DNA of 20,000 bases, taken from positions 58,852 to 78,851 of the forward strand of contig JNEM01011211.1 of NCBI GenBank assembly GCA_000697335.1, written 5' to 3'. This DNA comes from Conidiobolus incongruus B7586 (Eukaryota). The position numbers and the translations under genes are program-made. The notes under the pieces were generated by a model that was not told the DNA's origin, made no database searches, and saw only the letters and a list, made by a program, of their open reading frames with translations. Shown here piece by piece: positions 11,540-20,000 of the stretch (position 1 is the stretch's first letter; the number at the start of each line of letters is the position of its first letter).

Positions 11540-12390
11540 TCTCACTAAAAATTACTACCAAGTCACCGATCACCCACGTTAAGCCATATAAACAATCCCA
11601 ACCAGTCACAACTAAAGTACCAATCCCCTGACATCCCGCCAGCCACACGCTCGTATGACCGGACTATTGCTCCGTCGTAACCTACTTATACCAACACTTT
11701 TCACTTAATTCTACACAAGGACTTTCACTATTATTATTTTACAAATAAACCTTTTTTCTATTTCAAGTCCGCTTTCTTAGCATACTTAAGTAGCCACCTA
11801 TAGCTCCACTTGAGCCATATTTCATTATTCGTTCTACGTTCATTCCTATTCATGTTTTGCGATTCCATCTCCTTAGCATACCAATTCACCACACCGCCAC
11901 TGTTGCTACTGATCCAGTCACCCACTTCAACGTTCCATTTACAAGCAATCATGGCCAAATGACTAGGGAACAGATCATCGGTAATCTGCCTCAGTTTGTA
12001 GGTACCATGCCTTACAACCTACCTGGCTTACACAATCGCTGTGTCAGTGTCCTCGATGACGCTCAAAGAGCAAATCGCCGCGACAAACTTTGTGACAGAT
12101 CTAACCTGGTTGCTCCTGAATCCCATGACATTCTACCAATAGAATCATAACATGTGTATATGACTCTCAATACCGGTATTACTGAATAAATACAATCTTT
12201 GTTACAATAACTAAGCTTTGGCTTGTTATTGTGTGCAATATCTATAATAAACCTTCTATTTGTTCTTAACATATTTCTGTTTATTAGCAATCTTCTGCCA
12301 ATAAATAGTGCAGTTCTAGTTGCGCACGTTATGGATTGGTGACAACTCCCAGTAGATTATGATATCAATGGTAATACCACTGAGAGCTGT
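11540..12390 (-). ncRNA. Putative large structured non-coding RNA (~850 nt) with 3' Sm-like site; telomerase RNA candidate
   Basis: GC-enriched island within very AT-rich spacers, no credible ORF, G-rich minus strand. Multiple hairpins need G.U pairs that form only on the minus strand. The 5' and 3' ends pair (12355-12334 with 11571-11555; 12324-12315 with 11616-11607). AAUUUUUAG follows the terminal helix (11553-11545). Boundaries are approximate and folding was done by eye. Confidence 0.55.
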
Positions 12391-12404
12391 GAAAAATTTA
12401 TTAA

Positions 12405-12476
12405 GACGTGTTGGCGCAATGGTAGCGCGTCCGCCTCCAGAGCGGAAGGCTGGGAGTTCGAGTCTCTCACGCGTCA
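12405..12476 (+). tRNA. tRNA-Trp (anticodon CCA), intronless, copy 1
   Basis: Cloverleaf: acceptor GACGTGT/ACGCGTC, D-arm GCGC-AATGGTA-GCGC, anticodon arm TCCGC-CTCCAGA-GCGGA, T-arm GGGAG-TTCGAGT-CTCTC, discriminator A. T5 Pol III terminator-like run at 12506-12510. Confidence 0.97.
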
Positions 12477-12825
12477 ATTCATTTGACAAATACATTATTC
12501 TGAAATTTTTCATCAATATTAATTTAAAATTTTTTATATCGTATACATATTTGGAGCATAAACCTTCGTAAATATATCTAATCATATGAAACTTTTTTTC
12601 ACAATATCAAAGATAATATATCTAATATCTTGAATTAAATTTTGCTTTAATTTAATGTTTTATGTTAAAATATTAACTGGATATTATAATATTATTTTAA
12701 GGTTTACTGTATTTTATTTTTAATAAATAATATTTTAGTTTGTTTAATGTTTTCCAACTATAAATAGAATGTAAAATAAATTATTTAACAATTGATTAAT
12801 CTTCAAAACAATTCCTCAATTTTCT

Positions 12826-12871
12826 TTATCAGATAATTTTAAATTGGTAATTTCACATTATATTATCTGAT
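12826..12871. promoter_or_regulatory. Pair of ATCWGATAA (GATA-factor, SreA/Fep1-type) motifs
   Basis: TTATCAGATAA at 12826-12836 and TTATCTGAT (reverse complement ATCAGATAA) at 12863-12871. Function is inferred only. Confidence 0.3.
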
Positions 12872-13783
12872 TTTCGTGTAATATTCGCATCAATAATAAT
12901 GTGTGAAGTAAATATTATTAATGTATCGCAAAAATTTATGCATCCATTAAATATAATGACAATAAGCATAGTTATTGGATATGATATTATTAGTATATCA
13001 TTTTTCTTCATTAATCCATCTGTTATTCTTCCAACTTGTACAACGTATTAATCAAATATGCCATGGGTACCAAAAATAAGTTGTATTTTATATAACAATA
13101 TTCCAATTATACTCATTAAATACTATTGTGTGATAAATAAATAATAAAAAACGAAAATTACATTTTAAAAAATTTGAATTAGAAAAAATTTATCATATAA
13201 TGAGTATTTATATAAACTGTAACTAAATAATAATTTAAACTATGATAAAAAATTAAATTAGATCTTTACATTTAATGATAGCCAAAACTCTCCTACACAA
13301 TCACAAAAATTCATATTATAATTAATCAATCCCTATTTTACGCTTCAAAATAAAATTTTGAAGTTTTATAAAAAAGATGCATGACCAATCATATTTTAAG
13401 GTACCATTAAAACATCTATTTTCATATAAATAATAGAATCGGCGATTAATAAACAAAATGATAACTTTCTATCTATATGTATTAGATTTTATTAATTAAA
13501 AAGGATATGATAATTGTTAAGTCATACTTATATCTGAAAGCCTATCCATTATAATACTGCAACCTATATACATGTTATTAAACAGTACAATGATTTATAT
13601 GAGTAAATTGAACATAATAATTGTTAAAAAATATTATTAGGTTTAGTATAATTATATCAATTACTTTAATATTTTTCTCATATTATATTATTATAAGAGA
13701 AATAATTATAAAATTTTTTTAATAGGAAAGTTTAGATTTTTATAGATGATGAATATAAAAAAATTTTTTTTTAAAATAGGAAA

Positions 13784-13805
13784 CTTATCCCACTTTATCA
13801 GATAA
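13784..13805. promoter_or_regulatory. GATA cluster (CTTATC plus TTATCAGATAA) ~150 nt upstream of the oxidoreductase ATG
   Basis: CTTATC at 13784-13789 and quasi-palindromic TTATCAGATAA at 13795-13805; near match CTCAGATAA at 13906-13914. Confidence 0.35.
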
Positions 13806-13956
13806 GAAATGAGTTACCTAATTAGGTTGATGAAATTATTTATAAAGTGTCATAAAATTCAAACTAAAAATTATAAATTAAATTAAAAGACTGAGAGGCT
13901 TATAACTCAGATAACTGGTAATATTTGATTTTATTAATTACTAATACACTTTCATT

Positions 13957-15117
13957 ATGCTCGCAACTGCTAGAAAGCTCACCAGAATCGGTGTCATTGG
14001 AGGTAATTATGGTGGTATTGGTTTTGTTAATTCTCTTGTCGAAGCCCTCGATCTAAATGAATATAACATCAAGGTTAAAATCTTTGACAAGAGACAAGGT
14101 TTCTGTCATTTGATTGGTGTCACTCGCGCTCTTGTAAATGAAGAATACGGTAAAGCTATTTGGCGTAACCATACGGAGTTGAAGTGGTATAACCACTCTA
14201 ACATCCAATTCAAATATGCTACAGTCACCCGTGTTACCGAAAACACGATCGAGACTGAAGCTGGTGAGAGTGAGGAATTTGACTATATTGTTGTTGCCAC
14301 TGGCTATAACCGTGGTGCTCCAATTTGGCCTAGCTCATCCACAAAGCAGGACTACTTAAATGAGTACCAAGGTTTTCGTAAAAAAATCGAAGCTGCTCCA
14401 ACTGTTGCTGTCGTGGGTGCTGGTGCCGTCGGTGTAGAACTTGCTGCTGATATCAAGTCACACTATCCTGAAAAGAAAGTTACTTTGATTCACTCAAGAA
14501 CTCTTCCTATTGTTGGTCCTTACACTGACAAGTTCAGAAATAAAGTTGTTGATGAGTTAAAGAATATTGGTGTCGAATTGCTTCTCGAAAACCGTGTTCT
14601 TTCTGAATCAAAGCGCGAGGAAAATGGAAAAGAAATTTATCACCTCAAAACTAATAAGGGTATTGAACTTTCCTTCGATTTGGTCTTCAACTGTATTGGT
14701 CCCGGCAAACCAGTCACCGACATTCTCGACTTAGAGTCCACAGAAGAGTACCCCTTATTGGATCAATACAATCTTGTCAAGGTCAGACCGACAATGCAAC
14801 TTACCAATCCCAAATACTCTCATATCTTCGCCATCGGTGATATTAACGATTGGCAAGAGATCAAGCTTGCTGGAGCTGCTATGTATCAAGGATCGTTTGC
14901 TGCCAACAATATCAAGAAACTTCTTGATGCTCAGCCTGGTGAAACTCCTGAATTAGAAGACTACCCAAGATTATTTTTGCATTTGATCTTACTCCTCGGT
15001 GAGCGTAACGCAGTTGGAGAGATGGAGGAGGGTATCATAGGTTTTGAAGAAATTCATAAGATGACTAGAGGTGATATGTTTTTGACAGGCTGTACAGAAG
15101 ATGCCTTTATCAATTAA
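13957..15117 (+). CDS. AIFM2/AMID (FSP1)-like FAD/NAD(P)H-dependent pyridine nucleotide-disulfide oxidoreductase, 386 aa, intronless
   Basis: FAD-binding IGVIGGNYGG, FDYIVVATG, NAD(P)H-binding VAVVGAGAVGVELAADIK, KKVTLIHSR, VKVRPTMQL, IFAIGD, KLAGAAMYQG. These motifs are typical of fungal AMID/Aif1-like proteins. Confidence 0.9.
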   Translation: MLATARKLTRIGVIGGNYGGIGFVNSLVEALDLNEYNIKVKIFDKRQGFCHLIGVTRALVNEEYGKAIWRNHTELKWYNHSNIQFKYATVTRVTENTIETEAGESEEFDYIVVATGYNRGAPIWPSSSTKQDYLNEYQGFRKKIEAAPTVAVVGAGAVGVELAADIKSHYPEKKVTLIHSRTLPIVGPYTDKFRNKVVDELKNIGVELLLENRVLSESKREENGKEIYHLKTNKGIELSFDLVFNCIGPGKPVTDILDLESTEEYPLLDQYNLVKVRPTMQLTNPKYSHIFAIGDINDWQEIKLAGAAMYQGSFAANNIKKLLDAQPGETPELEDYPRLFLHLILLLGERNAVGEMEEGIIGFEEIHKMTRGDMFLTGCTEDAFIN

Positions 15118-16869
15118 CATATTTATGATTCATTTTTAATGATTATTATCATTAATTCCTCCATTCAGCATCTTATAATAAATTTTGTAAAATGCACTGG
15201 TTGCATCATCACTTTTAATGCTTATTCTGTGGAAGTGTAAAATCCAAAATCTATTTATGCTGAAAATTTCTCTTATTTTAATTGAAATTTTAATGCTTTC
15301 TCAATATTCTCCAAAGATTTAAAATTTAATTCAAATTATAATATATTAAATTGAAATATTTATATTTGAAATAATATTTGTGATGAAATTGGATTGATAC
15401 TTTAAAATTATTTAAATTGACAAAAAATATTTTGATTTGAGTTATTTATTTAATATTCTCCACTATCCAAAAACAAACTATTAATTGATAAAATTTGAAG
15501 ATTTATTCAATTAATTCAAATGAATATGATAATCAGCAAGGTAATTATTACGAAGTAAATAATCAATCAATACGTCATCCATCTAGTTTAGAAATATCAA
15601 TATTTGTTATGATTTATATAAATTTCAAAAAACTAATAATCACATAACCAATATTTGTCTAAGTATATATTTTTATTGCAATGAGAATCATTAACGTATC
15701 TTCAAAATATCTTCAACTAAAGAACTATACCTTGTCTTTAAATTTCCTATAAACTTTAATAATATCTATAATAAGCTATAATCATTGATATGAAATTCAA
15801 ATAATTTCAAGTTTTGTTGTTCTATTAAATAATTTTAAAAAGTTTAAAATAAGGTAATAGGATCTATAATAAACAATTTATTTATTTTTAATTGGTTTGA
15901 ATATTATTGAAATATCTGTTTTTTTCTGTAAAAAAAGAAAAATTATTTAATAATATTTTTCAAAATATTTTTATTATATCATACTTTTGATTAATTATAA
16001 AAATCATTTAATTTAATATTGATAAATTACAAAAATATTTAATATTCTGGAATATTCGAAAATAATAGATGCTATTTGTACTGTAAATAATACATTATAG
16101 TATTAATATTTTGGAATATTTTGATAAAACATACTAAATAAAACTTTGGTTATTGTTTTATAAACCAACCAGCCTACTATTATTGGATCAATTTTTCGAA
16201 TCTATATTATATAGTTTTTTAAATATTTAATATTATACAAAGTTATTCATTTTTCAAAACTATAGAGAAGGTAATAATCAATGACTTAATCTCTCTTATT
16301 AAAATAGTATTTAACACTCTGGATTAACAAGAATATATCAAATTAAAAAAAATTAGTTTCTGAAATTATAAATCTACACATTTCAATTATTATTGGATAA
16401 TTTTATATTTATTCAGTAGGTAAGATCCAAATAGATTATAATTTCCATATAATAATATTACCAAATGTCAAGGTACAATCAAGTATAGATACTTAATATA
16501 ATAATGGCATTGAAAATTCTTTCTAACAAAAAGAACTCTAATGACAATCGTTGAAAATTGTTCAAAATAAGTTTTAATAATTAATTATAGAAGACAGATA
16601 GAATTTTCATATTATTCAATAGTTACTTATAGTGAGTAATTTAACTATTATCTGGAGAAATATGTCAGGAATATTATGTTTTATAACTAGATATTTGAAC
16701 AAAAAGTAATAAATACTCTACTTTTAAGCCTTTAATTGAGCAATATTTGAGAATTTCAAGTATATCAAATTAGATTATTTGAGTATAAACTGATTCTTAA
16801 CCATGAGTATTGAGATTACTATAACTTAAAATTTTAATATTATTTAATTTTATTAAAAAAATTTTCACG

Positions 16870-18024
16870 ATGATCCCAGTGACTAAAAAACTAAGAATTA
16901 GTGTAGTTAGAGGTAATTATGGATATCTCATCTCTATATTTCATCTGAAGAATGCACTCGATTTAATAGAAAATAATATCAAGTTAGTAATTTTTGACAA
17001 AAGAAAAGGATTCTGTAATTTAATCAGTTTAGCTCGAGCTCTTATAAAAGAATATTTTGCTAAAGCTATTTAGCACAAATAAACCGAGCTGAAATTCTAT
17101 AATAATTCTAGCGTCGAATTCAAATATGATGTCGTTTTACATGTTACTAAACTCACTATTGAAACGGAGAACGGAGAGAGCGAGAATGTTAATTACATTA
17201 TCGTTGCCACTAGATATAATCGCGTATTTCCAATTTGGTCCAAATCAACCACCAAGTAGGACTTTTTGGATCAGTTGCAAACTTACCGCAACAAAGTTGA
17301 ATCTACTTCTACTATTGCAAACGCGGGTGCTGGTGACTTTGATGTAATGTTTGCTGTCAATATCAAGTCACATTACCCGAAGAACAAAGTTACTTTGTTT
17401 CATTCAAGATCACTTCCCACCGTCGATTCATTTACTGAAAAATTCAGTAATGAGGTCATTGATGAGATTAAGCATATTGATGTTAATCTACTTTCAAAAA
17501 CCATGTTATCTCTCAGATGAAATGCAAAATAGAAAAGTGATTTATTATTCAAAAGTTAATCAAAATGCTGAACTTTGTGTGGATTTGGTTTTTCACTGTA
17601 TTGATCCTAGAAATTTAGTCATAGATATTTTTGACTTAGGATCCATACAGGAACAACCTTTATTCAATTAACATCAAGTAGTAAAATTCAAGCCTACTAT
17701 GCACCTGATTAATCCTAAGTATTCACATACCTTGGCAATTGTTAGTATTAACAATTGGCAGAAGATCTAACTTACTGATACTGCAATGTATCAAGGATCC
17801 TTTACAGGCAAGAATATCCAAAAACTCCACGATGCCTATAACTTGGTGAGTGTCCTGAATTGGAAAATTACCCTGAACCATTTTTGTATTTGATTTTATT
17901 TCTTGACGGACATCACGCTATTGGAGAAATGGAACAAGATATGGGTGAATTCAAATATATTCAAGAAGCGAGTAATGGTGATATATTCTGATTAGGCTGT
18001 ATAAGAAGTGTATATAACCATTAA
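16870..18024 (+). pseudogene. Full-length pseudogene paralog of the AIFM2/AMID-like gene at 13957-15117
   Basis: Colinear with the intact gene from ATG to stop (NIKLVIFDKRKGFC, YIIVAT, IKSHYPKNKVTLFHSRSLP, NPKYSH, AMYQGSF, PELENYP, IGEME). In-frame stops at 17071, 17080, 17257, 17669 and further 3', frameshifts near 17500 and 17840, and both Rossmann glycine motifs are damaged (RGNYG; GAGDFD). Confidence 0.93.
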
Positions 18025-18193
18025 TTCATTGATTTTGATTGAAGTACAAATTAAATAAAAAATATTTAATTTAAAATGTTACAAATGTAAGTTTTAATAT
18101 AATTAATAAAAATTGGTAATTTATTAATATCATTGATAAAAAGAATTATATTCGATGATTTATGTTATATTAAAAATAAAAAACCAAAAGTAA

Positions 18194-18265
18194 GACGTGT
18201 TGGCGCAATGGTAGCGCGTCCGCCTCCAGAGCGGAAGGCTGGGAGTTCGAGTCTCTCACGCGTCA
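18194..18265 (+). tRNA. tRNA-Trp (anticodon CCA), intronless, copy 2
   Basis: 72 nt identical to 12405-12476. T5 run at 18289-18293. Confidence 0.97.
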
Positions 18266-19451
18266 TTATAACCAACTGAAAATTGCCCTTTTTCATGAAT
18301 TACAATATTCAAAAATTTTCAATATCCAAATTATATTTTACTATTATTTTTATTCATTTATCACTTTTTTTATTAGGTCATCAACATGAATTTTAAGACT
18401 ATTTTCAATCAATAATGGTTTAATGATAAAAATCTTTCCAAATAAATTTTCAATTAAATGCTCAATATTTTAATATTATTACTAATAAGAATACTCTAGA
18501 ATTTTAATATTTTAACTATTAATAAATTCTTAATTTTAATTTTTTTAAAAAATGTAGTGTGCATTCAAAAGAATACTCTGTGTAAACAAGTAACTTCAAG
18601 AACAGGTAAGTTGGTTTATTCTTTGATTTCTTATTTTTTTTGACTCCCTTGTTATTCAGAGTAATATGTGGCATATATATAATAAATTCCAATATATTGT
18701 AGATATAAGATATTGTAAAACCAAGGTTAATTTGTAGCTAAATTTGAATTTGATAATTAATATTCAGGTTAATTCTTAATTCAAATTATCAAATCGACTC
18801 CTTACAAATAATAATATTAATAATATGAAAACTAATATATGATAAAAACTTGCTTGGAAATTAACTTTATGGAAAGTATAATAACTGATGCAAATTTATT
18901 AAAGAAATTATAGTTATCAATTAACATATTTTTATGAAACAAATCACCAAATTTGCTGATTATTAAAATTATATAATAAATATGATTGATTATATCAAAA
19001 TTTCAAACTTTTGAAAATAAGCTGAATTGAAAAGATTTGGGATAAAACATCTAATATTTTAAATTTTATTAAAATATTTAAATTTTTAAATTATTATATA
19101 AAATGATTCAGAAGAACTCTTATAATTCTTTTTAATTAAATATAATTGATTTTAATAGATATAATTATTTGTTATATTTAATATGATATTGAAGTTGATA
19201 TTTTATTATAAAGTAACTGAGATCAAAATAAGTATACCTTATTTCCATCTTTATCAGCAATATCTGCCTGGAATTTAACTTGGATTACTTTGCAAAAATT
19301 TTTGAAAAACAATGATTATAATTACACAACCCTTAAATACTATAAAAATAATAACTTTTCCTAATAAAAAAGGTTAAATCAAATAACTAATATATTATTG
19401 ATTATATTGGCAATATTAAATTAGTTCATATACTAACTACTTGCCAAATTA

Positions 19452-19664
19452 ATTTCAATTCCTAAAAAATTAATAAGAATTAATATTAAAGAAAAAAATT
19501 TTGAAGACCTTTATTTCAATGATAATTTAGTTTAAATAATTAATTTGGAAGACTATAATATCAAGTTCAGACTTATTGACAAAATACAAGGGTTTTGTTA
19601 TTAGGTTGGTGCCACACAAACTTTTATAGATCAAGGCTATATTAAATTTATTTAGTTTAACCAT
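19452..19664 (+). pseudogene. Eroded 5' remnant of a third AIFM2/AMID-like copy
   Basis: Translates without indels as ISIPKKLIRINIKEKNFEDLYFNDNLV*IINLEDYNIKFRLIDKIQGFCY*VGATQTFIDQGYIKFI*FNH, colinear with residues 2-72 of the intact protein (LATARKLTRIGVIGGNYGG...EYNIKVKIFDKRQGFCHLIGVTRALVNEEYGKAIWRNH). Not reported in the ORF track. Confidence 0.85.
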
Positions 19665-20000
19665 AATATCAGTATAGAAGTTAAATAATGACAAAATTTC
19701 AAAATTAAAATCAAATATAAGTTTTAATATATAATGTATAAAAATAAATTTATATTATTGAATTAATATTCTGGTTTATTATTAATAAATACTTGCCATG
19801 CATGTAGTAAGCTTTTAACAACCAAAATATATTTTTTTTATTAAAAATTAAAACTCAATATTTTACAAACTAATTATATTTAATTATAAAATATTTTTTT
19901 TATAAATATATTATAATTATATAAAGCAATTATAGATACATCAATTATAACTTAATAAAAATACTAGATATTATAGTTTTTTTGATTTATAAATTTAATA

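Noticed and set aside
11575..11730. RNase P/MRP-like GAAAGUCC and GGCUUA, and SRP helix-8-like AGG...CGGAGCA motifs on the minus strand
   Set aside because: The P4 strands are not properly complementary and are misplaced relative to the 5' end; the SRP-like element lacks the GNRA-capped helix. An Rfam scan should still be run.
11776..11881. CTTAGCATAC repeated twice (11776 and 11872)
   Set aside because: Only two 10 nt copies with no regular spacing; not an array or CRISPR-like structure. It might be an RNA motif but cannot be supported alone.
11397..12290. Short ORFs of 66-97 aa on both strands in the GC-enriched island
   Set aside because: Mostly non-ATG starts, mutually overlapping, no recognisable motifs or consistent splice pattern; better explained by the lower stop-codon density of a GC-richer non-coding segment.
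11990..12330. Resemblances to U1 (ACCTACCTGGC, AUUGCAC), U2 (GCTTTGGCTT), U12 (ATGCCTTA) and a group II intron start (GUGCG)
   Set aside because: Isolated short matches on inconsistent strands or in the wrong order; no branch-point recognition sequence, exact ACUUACCU or domain V found.
11555..12355. Terminal inverted repeats of a MITE/DNA transposon or a solo LTR
   Set aside because: End complementarity is interrupted and mostly relies on strand-specific G.U pairs; I found no target-site duplication or TG...CA termini. Disfavoured rather than excluded until copy number is checked.
12316..12585. ORFs 12316-12585 (-) and 12359-12571 (+)
   Set aside because: They simply read through the tRNA-Trp gene.

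Overview
AT-rich eukaryotic nuclear DNA, most consistent with an early-diverging fungus (short 51-72 nt GT-AG introns, standard code; the taxonomic guess is inference). The left half holds housekeeping genes: the 3' part of PEX13 (+), a 7-exon uncharacterised beta-propeller protein gene (+), 7-exon DPH1 (-) and an intronless, divergent Nup160/Nup120 (-). The right half is gene-poor and shows duplication and decay: two identical tRNA-Trp(CCA) genes, one intact AIFM2/AMID-like FAD/NAD(P)H oxidoreductase, a full-length pseudogene copy of it and a third, heavily eroded 5' remnant. The most interesting element is a ~850 nt GC-enriched island (about 11540-12390) head-to-head with the first tRNA-Trp and lacking a credible ORF. 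On the minus strand it folds by eye into many G.U-containing hairpins with nested 5'/3' long-range pairing and ends in an Sm-like site overlapping a 5' splice-site-like motif. It is a candidate unannotated large structured ncRNA, possibly a telomerase RNA.
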